Origin: Antedon mediterranea
Taxonomy: Eukaryota > Animalia > Echinodermata
Direction: 5' to 3'
Assembly: GCF_964355755.1 (NCBI RefSeq)
Contig: NC_092678.1
Span: 16,411,881 to 16,475,880 of the forward strand
Length of the DNA stretch: 64,000 nucleotides
Part shown: in pieces, positions 26,100 through 39,647 of the stretch
How the letters are laid out: the number at the start of each line of letters is the position of its first letter
Numbering within the stretch: position 1 is the stretch's first letter
Translations under genes and position numbers: made by a program
The notes under the pieces: model-generated
What the model saw: the letters and a program-made list of their open reading frames with translations, nothing else
Databases searched by the model: none
Told to the model about the DNA's origin: nothing

Positions 26100-28342
26100 G
26101 AAATGTTGGCTGTGAAACACACGTCGTATGCTAGTCTGGGCTCCAGACGGAGTTTTTTCTTAATATTAGTAAAAATATAAACATTTTTGCACATATGGCG
26201 TTTCATACGTGTATTACTTGAGTTTGGATACTCCGTCTGGGGAAACACGCAAAAGTCACGTGGTTTGACACCAAGAATTCTTGGTGCATAGATTATCCGG
26301 TTGACTAGTTTCAGCTGCATGCGATTGGCTACTCACTCGTACACTGTTTTAATATTCATATTTCAGATTTTCAAAGACTCAACAACTAAGATGGTACGCA
26401 TGCGCTATGTTACGTTTAGACAATGTACTTGGTTGGGTACATTGATCGGGACATTGATGAAAGTTTCTGAAGGCTAGAAATGATTTTGATGGGATTTTCC
26501 CCAAGAACATGAAAACTCGTCTTGCTTCTCCGCAAATCAAACATTGAATGGATCAATTAATTAATAATATTACGCGGAGATAATTTGATTTAAATCCCAC
26601 CTAGACCCTGTCCTGTTCTGTGTAGTGGTGTCGTAGCCCTGTCTGTTGTGTGAATCCTGTTGTGTGCCGGTGGTGGTATGTAGGCCTACCTCTTATTGGC
26701 GTTTTGGCAGATCATACGTGCGAGTTGAAGTAGGCCTAGGCTAAGGACTAAACGATTAATAAACAAAACAACTTGGCAACACGATTTCATATTTCAACAG
26801 TCTCGATCGTACATTCAGCACTGTACGTACTCGATCTTTTTCATTTTGAAACAAAATGATCATTGGTTGATTTGAAATCCATATTTACATACCGCCCGCC
26901 CCATATAGCCAAATACGGTATGATAACCTACGTCATTCTTATCAGTTGTTTGCGGTCTGCAAATCGATTTCTATACGTGTTTCACAAGTCTGTATTTTCA
27001 GACAAAAATCGCGGTCGAAATAAAAACAAATAAATTATAAAAAAAAACAATACAGACTTGGGGCAAGTCTAGTCGTATGCTTACGTCGATTTTAGTGTTG
27101 TTACGAAAGTTGAAATTTTTTTCTTACGTCGGTCGGATTTATGACGTATTTGAAACAACATCTCTGATTGGTGTTTCTTTTTAGAGCGGGTTTTATCATT
27201 TTTCGCGCGAAATGTTGAATGTTCTTATTGTACCTGTAGCTTCTCAGCAGCAGTGTCAGTGCAGCACACCAACATGTTATTTTCAGTAGATAGGCTAGGC
27301 CCTAGTATTAGTAAAATACTTAATTAATACTGTACTAATAGGAATTGATTTGACCAAACAATCAAACTAGCCTAGGCCCCTAGCCTAGGCTAGTAGGCCT
27401 ATGTATTATTTGTATGAATCAAAATATGAATTAATTATCCTGGCCCTCTAGGCCTATCCTTAAATAGTTTTCAAAATTAAAAAAAGGCAAGTCATTTCGA
27501 GATTCCTATTATTATTATTAGACCTACCTAGGCCCAAGACTAGGCATTGGCCTATGGGCCTATAAGCATATCTAATCGAGAATGAGATAGTACTACCGCA
27601 GTAAGATACCCATTATTTACAGGCCTATAATAAGAATAAACTTAACAAAACAATATAAATTATACAAAATCAAGCAAACAATTTTTTTTTAAGTTACATA
27701 ATAATATATTGCTTACAAAGGGGCTTTCTATATCTTATCTTGTTGCAAATGTTCATTTTCGCGACGTTTCTACCGATGCTGATTGTTTATTGCACGTCCA
27801 TAAATAAGAGTATTATATTTTGATATGAGTTGTAAACTCCCTGATTAGAAAATTATTAGGCCTATTTTGAAACTACTGTGCATTTGTAAAGTATGTACAA
27901 CATCGTAAAGTGGGCTAAAATTATAGTAGTAAATACATACAAATGTTATTGTCCGGCTTTATTTCACTATAAGGACATACACATTATGTCATAACTCTTG
28001 TCGTTCATTGGTTACTTGTTACGATTGCGCTTACGTCTCTTGCGAAAGTTGACTTCAAGTCAACTTTCGTAAGAGACGTAAAAAACGTGACGCAAGGGCG
28101 TTCATTCAAGCGTAAGATAAAAAATCCCGGTTTCCTGTAAAATCGGAAGAAAACGTCGTAACGCAACAATTGTTAGGTCATCGGTTTCCTGTAAAATCGT
28201 TTGTCGTTACCATTTTTCTTACGTTGCGTCGATTTTATAAATTTTCGATCGTAATCGGTTTCCTGTAAAATCCGCATTTCTTACGACATATCGACGTAGT
28301 CGCAACAAAAGTGATGTTCTTACGTCGACAGGAAACCAGCCT
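26100..28342. mobile_element. Right part of a PIF/Harbinger-like element (left end not located)
   Basis: Ends ...CAGGAAACCAGCCT followed by TAA; repeated TTACGTC and GGTTTCCTGTAAAATC subterminal motifs; palindrome AAAGTTGACTTCAAGTCAACTTT. Confidence 0.55.
26132..27071. mobile_element. AcademH-like element, copy 2 (940 bp)
   Basis: Same termini and body as 19524-20477 with substitutions and indels; its own 9-bp TSD GTCGTATGC (26123-26131, 27072-27080). Confidence 0.9.
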
Positions 28343-28505
28343 TAACATCCAAGGTATCACAAAACCGCCATGGATGTCGTCTACGCCTTGAAGAGACAAG
28401 GCCGAATCCTGTAGGGATTCGGTGGATAAGCAGTTATACAGTACAACAAATTTCAAACCAAACGGCTCTTTTCAGAGCCACCACATGTAGCCTACAAAAG
28501 AGATT
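28343..28505 (+). pseudogene. H4: Histone H4 pseudogene, 5'-truncated and internally deleted, with stem-loop
   Basis: NIQGITK joined at ACCG to [19 protein letters not shown]; stem-loop at 28464-28479 then AAAAGAGA. Confidence 0.93.
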
Positions 28506-28852
28506 TGTTTGCAAAACTTCAATTTATTTAATCTGAAAAAATCCGAATCTACATCATGTTCACATTAGTCATTACAATTGTTACTGTATAACGAAACAAA
28601 TGTCATAGATTAAAGGGGGTGTGTCGAAAGCGAAGACCATACGAAATACACCATAACATAGTGCATCAATTTTTTTCATTCTCACAGATTTCCTCAACTT
28701 TATCGTAAAATTACAGTACAGAAATTATACATCAAAGAATACATTAGGCCTATATATTTATTATCTACACCATTATCCCTCCTGAGGGCGATCCAGGTTA
28801 ATCATTATGTATGTGAGCATAAAATGGATACTAATAATAGTATTATGTACAT

Positions 28853-29133
28853 TGGTATAGTGACATCAGGTTGAATTTTTGATATTTAACTGGTCTTAAA
28901 TATTACATTTATAAAAAACTTGTTTTATAAATGTAAATTTACTGTACATGGTTTTTCACATTTACAGACTAAAATTAGTATGAATTCGGATTTAACTGTT
29001 GTTGATTACAGTTGACATTTGTAATATGTTGATTCATTATTTTGTTATTGTTTGATTGTAATCCTTATCTGTTGTTACCATGAAGGAGGTGAAATTCAGC
29101 TGAAAAATGTGCTTTTTTCCTGCTGCTAAATGT
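28853..29133 (+). repeat. Inverted paralog of the H4-H2A spacer
   Basis: Reverse-complement match to ~16215-16473 (GGTATAGTGACATCAGGTTGAATTTT...TTTTTCCTGCTGCTAAAT). Confidence 0.85.
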
Positions 29134-29196
<63 letters not shown>

Positions 29197-29200
<4 letters not shown>

Positions 29201-29760
29201 CATACTGTAAATTATAGGAACAGTGCTCATATTCGGAACATGATCTCATAATCGCGTCGAGCATAGCTCATTGGCGAAAGTTCCGTATTTTTTAAGTTGT
29301 ATGAAAAAATGTCTCTGGCTGGATTCGAACCTGCAACCTGTCGCTTACAGGGCGAGTATCATACCACTAGACCACAGAGCCATGTATGGTATTATCACAG
29401 ATTTTCACCCACCAGATACATTCTCTCATACAACAAACGCCCTCACAATCAGTGGAGGCTTAACAAGTCAGAATAAATTCCAACTTTAATTCGCAACGGT
29501 TTTTTAAATAATATTGTGTATATGTAAATCAATGATGTTGCGTAGCACTGTGTAAATTATATATAAATCATACTGTAAATTATAGAAACAGTGCTCATAT
29601 TCGGAACATGATCTCATAATCGCGTCGAGCATAGCTCATTGGCGAAAGTTCCGTATTTTTTAGTTGTATGAAAAAATGTCTCTGGCTGGATTCGAACCTG
29701 CAACCTCTCGCTTACAGGGCGAGATCATTGATTTACATATACACAATATTATTTAAAACA
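29197..29760 (-). mobile_element. (TA)n-flanked tRNA-centred cassette A: one full copy plus one truncated, partly inverted copy
   Basis: ~345-bp unit 29197-29540 repeated from ~29546 to 29723; 29724-29758 is the reverse complement of ~29502-29536. Confidence 0.65.
29310..29381 (-). tRNA. Degenerate tRNA-like sequence (loop CC-TGT-AA)
   Basis: A box TGGTCTAGTGG, B box GGTTCGAATCC; cloverleaf with several mismatches; T-run downstream. Confidence 0.6.
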
Positions 29761-30007
29761 TTTCACTCATCAGGAGACTATAATGAGAACAATCAATTAC
29801 AACGTTGCTTATAAGCACATTTACTTGTAGAATTAGTAAATCAGGCACAGAACATTAATTCTAAACCGCCCGGTGATATTATATATATATATATATAAAC
29901 AAATCAGGCAAAGAGCAGTAATTCTAAACCGCCTGGTGATATACTGAAATTTAATTAATTCATTTTATACGATAAAGATGAGGAAATCTGTGAGAATGAG
30001 AAAAAGT

Positions 30008-30079
30008 CGCCCCAACCGAGACTCGAACTCGGACCGCCTGCTTGATATGCAGATGTCCTAACCATTAGACCACTGGGGC
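30008..30079 (-). tRNA. 72-nt tRNA-like gene, anticodon ATC (Asp-like)
   Basis: GCCCCAG TG GTCT AATGGTTA GGAC A TCTGC ATATCAA GCAGG CGGT CCGAG TTCGAGT CTCGG TTGGGGC G, then AC and TTTTT; all four stems pair (with G-U pairs). Confidence 0.7.
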
Positions 30080-30183
30080 TTTCATGGTATTGTTCGAACT
30101 CGATTGGATAGCGACTCTTTAACATTCTCGGCGTGGTACGGCGGAACAGCACTAGTCCTCAGTTGTACGCACGCGCAACAGAG

Positions 30184-30320
<137 letters not shown>

Positions 30321-30555
30321 AAATCAGGCATAGAACATTAATTTTAAACCACCCGGTAATATACTGAAATTTTAATTAATTAATTTGAAACGATAAAGAT
30401 GAGGAAATCTGTGCACGAATGAGAAAAAGTCGCCCCAACCGAGACTCGAACTCGGACCGCCTGCTTGATATGCAGATGTGTTGCTAGTGTTGCCCGAAAG
30501 CTCTGCTAACTTTTCTGGCTGTTTACTTTATCGTTTTGATTTAGCTTTTCGCTTT

Positions 30556-30667
30556 TTGGTTATCCGCACTTGGCGGATAACCCCTTGTTATTGTCAGGAT
30601 CTTTTTTTTTTTCTTTTTTTTTTGGTTATCCGCACTTGGCGGATAACCCCTTGTTATTGTCAGGATC

Positions 30668-30698
<31 letters not shown>

Positions 30699-33600
30699 TT
30701 TTCTATGTTCTTCTTTCTTTCCACGAATTTTGTTCGCAGCGTATCTCTAATTCTGGCCACCATATGATTGTATAACTTTGTCAAAACATTGCCCTGTAGC
30801 TGTAGATGTGCAAGAAACTTTATTTTCTAAATTTTGAGTCGCGCATTGTAAGTTACGCGCGATTTTATGAATTTCAATGATTGATCATAGATTAAAAACC
30901 AAAACTCATTTTGTATTGAAACTTGGTGAAAATTTTAGTTATATCAATCGCAAACTTTCTATGGATTAAAAATTGCATGTTTAACAGAAAGTTACGCGCG
31001 CACGCGCGTTTAAAAATTCAAAATGCGAAAAATCAATTTCTAATCAACTTTCTACGCGTTTCATGTCATTTTGAGCATTTCATAAATTCCCACGCATGCG
31101 CAATTTTTTTACGCGCGCGTGCGCACGTTGCGCAAAATGTTTGTTTTTTTCTTGATTTATGTTTTTTTCAGTCTTTTCTAGTAATTTTATCAACTTTTCA
31201 AACAATTTCGACTTAAAATCACGTCACACGAGCACGTAGAATTGGATAATTTGCGCGTGTTTTTGATGAAAAACTTCAAAAATTCGTCAAAATTAGACCT
31301 TTTTTTAAACAGTCATAAATTCTAAACTACGTGGTGAACTTTTTTAAAATTACATATTCTGGAAGTAGATGAGTTGTTTTTCTCAAATCATGCATTGATA
31401 TGGCTAACCGGACATTGTGACGTCATCGTATGGCCACCCGAATATAAAATATAGGATTTTTTTCTCTTTCGCCATAGCTCGTCAATTTAATAGAGCGCAT
31501 CTCTACTTATCTTTATTCCATTTCACTCAATTTTTTTATATTGTCTAGATCAATCAATTATCTTTCGCATGATTTACCATTTTTAAAGTTGTGATGACGT
31601 CATCATGTTCAAATGCGTCAATAACTTTGGTCACTTATTTTCACCTATTCTGCACTGTATGTAGTACGTATACAGTATATAGTGTATACCGTACACACTT
31701 AGATGCGACACAAAATAGAGGGCTCACTAACATTTTTTCAATGGCATAATCGTTTTTCTGCGCGCAATATTCTAACTTAGGTGTCATGCGCGTGGGTTTT
31801 GCGATGCGGATAACCTAACTCGTCCGTAGTGACGAGTTCAAATCTAGTTTTTTTTTTTTTTGGTTATCCGCACTTGGCGGATAACCCCTTGTTATTGTCA
31901 GGATCTTTTTTTTTCTTTTTTTTTTTTGGTTATCCGCACTTGGCGGATAACCTCTTGTTATTGTCAGGATCTTTTTTTTTCTCTTTCTCTTTTTTCTTCT
32001 ATTTTCTTCTTTCTTTCCACGATTTTTGTTCGCAGCGTATCTCTAATTCTGGCCAACATATGATTGTATAACTTTGTCAAAAGATAGCCCTGTAGCTGTA
32101 GATGTGCAAGAAACTTTTTTTTTCGAATTTCGAGTTGCGCAGCGTAAGTTACGCGCAATTTTATGAATTTCAATGATTGATCATAGAATAAAAACTAAAA
32201 GTCATTTTGTATTGAAACTTGGTGAAAATTTAAGTCATAACATGCTCAAACTTTCTATGGATTAAAAATGGCATGTTTGACAGAAAGTTACGCGCGCACG
32301 CGCGTTTAAAATTTCAAAATGCGAAAATTCAATTTCTAATCAACTTTCTACGCGTTTCATGTCATTTTGAGCATTTCAAAAATTCCCACGCGTTCGCAAT
32401 TTTTTTACGCGCGCGTGCGCACGTAGCGCAAAAACGTCTTTTTTTTGCTTGATTTTTGTTATTTCAGCCTTTTCTAGTAAATTTATCAATTTTCAATCAA
32501 TTTCGACTTAAAATCACGTCATACGAGCACGTAGAATTGAACAATTTAGGCACGTTTTTGAAGAAAAACTTCAAAAATTCGTCAAAATTAGACATTTTTT
32601 TAAACAGTCATAAATTCTAAACTACGTGGTGAACTTTTTTAAAATTACATATTCTGGAATTTGATGAGTTGTAGATATAGAATCATGCATTGATATTGCT
32701 AACCGGACATTGCGACGTCATCGTATGGCCACCCAAATATAAAAATAGGATTTTGTTCTCTTTCGTCATAGCTCGTCAAATTTAATAGAGCGCATCTCTA
32801 CTTATCCGTATTCCATTTCACTCAATTTTTTTATATTGTCTAGGTCAATCAATTATCTTTCGCATGAGTTAAAAATATTTTGTTTTTTCAGCCTTTTCTA
32901 GTAAATTTATGAATTTTCAATCAATTTCGACTTAAAATCACGTCACACGAGCACGTAGAATTGGATAATTTGCGCGTGTTTTTGATGAAAAACTTAAAAA
33001 AATCGTCAAAATTAGACCTTTTTTTAAACAGTCATAAATTCTAAACTACGTGGTGAACTTTTTTAAAATTACATATTCTGGAAGTAGATGAGTTGTTTTT
33101 CTCGAATCATGCAGTGATATGGCTAACCGGACATTGTGACGTCATCCTTTGGCCCCTCAAATATGAAATATAGGATTTTTTTCACTTTCGTCATAGCTCG
33201 TCAAATTTAATAGAGCGCATCTCCACTTATCCGTATTCCATTTCACTCAATTTTTTTATATTGTCTAGATCAATCAATTATCTTTCGCATGATTTACCAT
33301 ATTTAAAATTGTGATGACGTCATCATGTTCAAATGCGTCAATAACTTTGGTCACTTATTTTCACCTATTCTGCACTGTATGTAGTACGTATACAGTATTT
33401 AGTGTATACCGTACACACTTAGACGCGACACAAAATAGAGGGCTCACTAACATTTTTTCAATGGCATAATCGTTTTTCTGCGCGCAATATTCTAACTTAG
33501 GTGTCATGCGCGTGGGTTTTGCGATGCGGATAACCTAACTCGTCCGTAGTGACGAGTTCAAATCTAGTTGGTTATCCGCACTTGGCGGATAACCTCTTGT

Positions 33601-36600
33601 TATTGTCAGGATCTTTTTTTTTTTTTTTCTTTCTTATTCTTCTTTCTTTCCCAGAATTTTGTTGCTAGTGTATCTCTAAATCTTCTTAACATAACATTGT
33701 ATAACTTTATCAAAAGATTGACCTCTACTTAAAGATGTCGTAATAAGGTTTTCGGTACCGTCCGAGTTGCGCAGCGTAAGTTACGCGCGATATTATGAAT
33801 TTCGCGTATTTAATTTTGATCGAAAACTATTAAACCATTTAAATTGAAACTTGGCAAAAGTTTAATTTATATCATGCGCTAACTTTCTATGGAGAGAAAA
33901 TGGCATGTTTCACAGAAAGTTACGCGCGCACGCGCGTTTAAAATTTCAAAATGCGAAAAATCAATTTCTAATCAACTTTCTACGCGTTTCATGTCATTTT
34001 GAGCATTTCAAAAATTCCCACGCGTGCGCAATTTTTTTACGCGCGCGTGCGGACGTAGCGTAAAAACATCTTTTTTTTGCCTTATTTTTGTTTTTTCAGC
34101 CTTTTCTAGTAAATTTACCAATTTTCAATCAATTTCGACTTAAAATCACGTCATACGAGCACGTAGAATTGAACAATTTGCGCGCATTTTTGATGAAAAA
34201 GTTCAAAAATTTGTCAAAATTATGCCTTTTTTTAAACAGTCATAGATTCTAAACTACGTGGTGAACTTTTTTATAATTACATATTCTGGTAGTAGATGAG
34301 TTGCAGATATCAAATCATGCATCAATATGGCTAACCGGACATTTTGATGTCATCGTATGGCCACTGGAATATAAAATATAAGATTTTTGTCTCTTTCGCA
34401 TAGCTCATCACATTTAATAGAGCGCATCTCTACTTATCCGTATTCCATTTCCCCCCATTTTGTTATATTGTCTAGGTCAATCAATTATCTTTCGCATGGT
34501 TAACAATTTTTAAGATTGTTATGACGTCATCCTTTGCAAAAGCGTCAATAACTTTGGTCACTTATTTTCACCTATTCTGCTCTGTATGTAGTACGTATAC
34601 AGTATATAGCGTATACCGTATATAATAGACGTGACACAAAATAGAGGGCTCACTAACATTTTTTTCAATGGCATAATCGTTTTTCTGCGCGCAATATTCT
34701 AACTTATGTGTCATGCGCGTGGCTTTTGCGATGCGGATAACCTAACTCGTCCGTAGTGACGAGTTCAAATCTAGTATTTATTTCTTTCCTTACATCCTTC
34801 TCCCCCATTTTTTGTGCGCAGCGTATCTCTAATTCTGGCCAACATATGATTGTATAACTTTGTCTAATGATTGCCCTGTAGCTGTAGATGTGCAAGAAAC
34901 TTTTTTTTTCAAATTTCGAGTCGCGCAGCGTAAGTTACGCGCGATTTTGTGAATTTCAATGATTGATCATAGAATAAAAACTAAAAGTCGTTTTGTATTG
35001 AAACTTGGTGAACATTTAAGTCATATAATGCGCAAAGTTTCTATGGATTAAAAATGGCATGTTTCATAAAAAGTTACGCGCGCACGCGTATTTAAAATTT
35101 CAAAATGCGAAAAATTAATATCTAATCAACTTTCTACGCGTTTCATGTCATTTTGAGCATTTCAAAAATTCCCACGCGTGCGCAATTTTTTTACGCGCAC
35201 GTGCGCACGTAGCGCAAAAACATCATTTTTTTGATTGATTTTTGTTTTTCCTGTCTTTTTTAGAAAATTTACCAGCTTTCAAACAATTTCGACTTAAAAT
35301 CACGTCATACGAGCACGTAGAATTAAACAATTTACGCGCATTTTTGATGAAAAAGTTCAAAAATTTGTCAAAATTATGTCTTTTTTTAAACAGTCATAGA
35401 TTCTAAACTACGTGGTGAACTTTTTTATAATTACATATTCTGGTAGTAGATGAGTTGAAGATATCAAATAATGCATCAATATGGCTAACCGGACATTCTG
35501 ACGTCACCGTATGGCCACTCGAATATAAAATATAGGATTTTTGTCTCTTTCCTCGTAGCTCGTCACATTTAATATAGCGCATCTCCACTTATTTGTATTC
35601 CATTTCCCCCCATTTTTTATGTTGTCTAGGTCTATCAATTACCTTTCGCACGATTCACCATTTTCAAAATTGTAATGACGTCATCATGTTCAAAAGCGTC
35701 AATAACTTTGGTCACTTATTTTCACCTATTCTGCACTGTATGTAGTACGTATACAGTATGTAGTGTATACCGTATATACTCAGACGTGACGAAAAATAGA
35801 GAGCACACTGAAATTGTTTCAATGACTTAATCGTTTTTCTGCGCGCAATATTTTAACGTATGACGTGCACGTGGCCTTTGCGCTGCGGATAACCTAACTC
35901 GTCCGTAGTGACGAGTTCAAATCTAGTCTATCTTATTCTTCTTTCTTTCCCGGAATTTTGTTCGCAGCGTATCTCTAATTCTGGCCAATATAAGATTGTG
36001 TAACTTTGTCATAAGATTGACCTCTAGCTGTAGATGTGCAGGACGTTTCGTTTTTTAACTTTAGAGTCGCGCAGCGTAAGTTACGCGCGATTTTATGAAT
36101 TTCAATGATTGATCATAGCTTAGAAATCAAAAGTCATTTTGTAATGAAACTTGGTGAAAATTTAAGTCATATCAAGCGCAAACTTTCCATGGATTAAAAA
36201 TGGCATGTTTGTTAAAAAGTTACGCGTGCACGCGCGTTTAAAATTTCAAAATGCGAAAAATCAATTTCTAATCAACTTTCTACGCGTTTCATGTCATTTT
36301 GAGCATTTGAAAAATTCCCATGCGTGCGCAATTTTTTTACGCGCGCGTGCGCACGTAGCCCAGAAACATCTTTTTTTTGCTTGATTTTTGTTTTTTCAGC
36401 CTTTTCTAGTAAGTTTATCAATTTTAAATCAATTTCGACTTCAAATCACGTCATACGAGCACGTAGAATTAAACAATTTGCGCGCAATTTTGATGAAAAA
36501 GTTCAAAAATTTGTGAAAATTATGCCTTTTTTTAAACAGTCATAGATTCTAAACTACGTGGTAAACTTTTTTATAATTACATATTCTGGTAGTAGATGAG

Positions 36601-39600
36601 TTGTAGATATCGAATCATGTATCAATATGGCTATCAGGACATTGTGACGTCATCGTATGGCCACTCGAATATAAAATATAGGATTTTTTTCTCTTTCGTA
36701 TAGCTCATCACATTTAATAGAGCGCATCTCCACTTATCCGTATTCCATTGCCCTCCATTTCTTTATATTGCCTATGTCAATCAATTATCTTTCGCATGAT
36801 TCACCATTTTAAAAATTGTTATGACGTCATCATGTGCAAAAGCCTCAATAACTTTGGTCACTTATTTTCACCTATTCTGAACTGTATGTAGTACTTATAC
36901 GGTATATAGTGTATACCGTATACACTTTGACGTGACAAAAAATAGAGAGCGCACTCACATTTTTTCAATGGCATAATCGTTTTTCTGCGCGCAATATTCC
37001 AACGTATGACGTGCACGTGGCTTTAGGACTGCGGATAACCTAACTCGTCCGTAGTGACGAGTTCAAATCTAGTTTTTTCTATGTTCTTCTTTCTTTCCAC
37101 GAATTTTGTTCGCAGCGTATCTCTAACTCTGGCAAACATATGATTGTATAACTTTGTCAAAAGATTGCCCTGTAGCTGTAGATGTGCAAGAAACTTTTTT
37201 TAATGAATTTTGAGTTGCGCAGCGTAAGTTACGCGCGGTTTTATGAATTTAAATGATTTATCATAGATTAAAAACCGAAAGTCATTTTGTATTGAAACTT
37301 GGTGAACATTTAAGTCATATCAAGCGCAAACTTTCTATGGATTAAAAATGGCATGTTTCACAGGAGGTTACGCGCGCACGCGCGTTTAAAATTTCAAAAT
37401 GCAAAAAATCAACTTCTAATCAACTTTCTACGCGTTTCATGTCATTTTGAGCATTTCAAAAATTCCCAGGCATGCGCAATTTTTTTACGCGCGCGTGCGC
37501 ACGTAGCGCAAAAACATCTTTTTTTTGCTTGATTTTTGTTTTTTCAGCCTTTTCTAGTAAATTTACCAATTTTCAATCAATTTCGACTTCAAATCACGTC
37601 ATACGAGCACGTAGAATTGAACAATTTGCGCGCGTTTTTGATGAAAAAGTTCAAAAATTCGTCAAAATTATGCCTTTTTTAAAACAGTAATAGATTCTAA
37701 ATTCCGTGGTGAACTTTTTTAAAATTTCAGATTCTGGAAGTAGATGAGTGGTAGATAACAAATCATGCATCGATATGGCTAACTGGACTTTGTGACGTCA
37801 TTGTATGGCCACTCGAATATAAAATATAGGATTTTTGTCTCTTTCGCATAGCTCGTCACATTTAATAGAGCGCATCTCCACTTATCCGTATTCCATTTCC
37901 TCCCATTTTGTTATGTTGTCTAGGCCAATCAATTATCTTTCGCATAATCTACCATTTTTTAAATTGTGATGACGTCATCATGTCCAAAAGCGTCAATAAC
38001 TTTGGTCCCTTATTTTCACCTATTCTGCACTGTATGTAGTACGTATACAGAATATAGTGTATACCGTATATACTTTGACGTGACGCAAAATTGAGAGCGC
38101 ACTAACATTATTTCAATGGCGTAATCGTATTTCTGCGCGCAATATTCTAACGTATGACGTGCACGTGGCCTTTGCGCTGCGGATAACCTAACTCGTCCGT
38201 AGTGACGAGTTCAAATCTAGTTATTTTTGTATCTCCATTGAGATCCAGCCACTGATACCCACAGCATTGTCATTTTTTTCAGTAATTGGTTATCCGCACT
38301 TGGCGGATAACCTCTTGTTATTGTCAGGATCTTTTTTTTTTTGGTTATCCGCTCTTGGCGGATAACCCCTTGTTATTGTCAGGATCTTTTTTTTCTTTTT
38401 TTTTTTTTTTTTTTTCTATATTCTTCTTTCTTTCCACGAATTTTGTTCGCAGCGTATCTCTAATTCTGGCTAACAAATGATGGTATAACTTTGTCAAAAG
38501 ATTGCCCTGTAGCTGTAGATGTGCAAGAAACTTTCTTTTTCAAATTTTGAGTCGCGCAGCGTAAGTTACGCGCGATTTTGTGAATTTCAATGATTGATCA
38601 TAGAATAAAAACTAAAAGTCGTTTTGTATTGAAACTTGGTGAAAATTTAAGTCTTATAATGCGCAAACTTTCTATGGATTAAAAATGGCATGTTTCACAA
38701 AAAGTTACGCGCGTACGCGCGTTCAAAATTTCAAAATGCGCAAAATTCATTTCTAATCAACTTTCTACGCGTTTCATGTCATTTTGAGCATTTCAAAAAT
38801 TCCCACGCGTGCGCAATATTTTTACGCGCGCGTGCACACGTAGCGCAAAAACATCCTTTTTTTGCTTGATTTTTGTTTTTTCAGCCTTTTCTAGTAAATT
38901 TATCAATTTTAAATCAATTTAGACTTAAAATTACGTCATACGAGCACGTAGAATTAAACAATTTGCGCGCATTTTTGATGAAAAAGTTCAAAAATTTGTC
39001 AAAATTATGTCTTTTTTTAAACAGTCATAGATTCTAAACTATGTGGTGAACTTTTTTATAATTACATATTCTGGTAGTAGATGAGTTGCAAATATCAAAT
39101 AATGCATCAATATGGCTAACCGGACATTCTGACGTTATCGTATGGCCACTCGAATATAAAATATAGGATTTTTGTCTCTTTCCTCGTAGCTCGTCACTTT
39201 TAATATAGCGCATCTCCACTTATTTGTATTCCATTTCCCCCCATTTTTTTATGTTGTCTAGGTCTATCAATTACCTTTCGCACGATTCACCATTTTCAAA
39301 ATTGTAATGACGTCATCATGTTCAAAAGCGTCAATAACTTTGGTCACTTATTTTCACCTATTCTGCACTGTATGTAGTACGTATACAATATATAGCGTAT
39401 ACCGTATATACTCAGACGTGACGAAAAATAGAGAGCACACTGAAATTGTTTCAATGACTTAATCGTTTTTCTGCGCGCAATATTTTAATGTATGACGTGC
39501 ACGTGGCCTTTGCGCTGCGGATAACCTAACTCGTCCGTAGTGACGAGTTCAAATCTAGTTTTTTTTTTTTTTGGTTATCCGCACTTGGCGGATAACCCCT

Positions 39601-39614
39601 TGTTATTGTCAGGA

Positions 39615-39647
<33 letters not shown>

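Noticed and set aside
25308-26320. Long Cys-rich ORFs or a CRISPR-like array
   Set aside because: Products of a stop-poor minisatellite; no unique spacers, no cas genes, eukaryotic context.
30042-30048. Anticodon read as TCA (Sec or opal suppressor)
   Set aside because: In the 7-nt loop ATATCAA, positions 34-36 are ATC; no long variable arm or extended acceptor stem as in tRNA-Sec.
38221-38286. Inter-block spacer resembling the histone spacer at ~11430-11465
   Set aside because: Only two ~10-nt AT-rich matches; not significant by eye.
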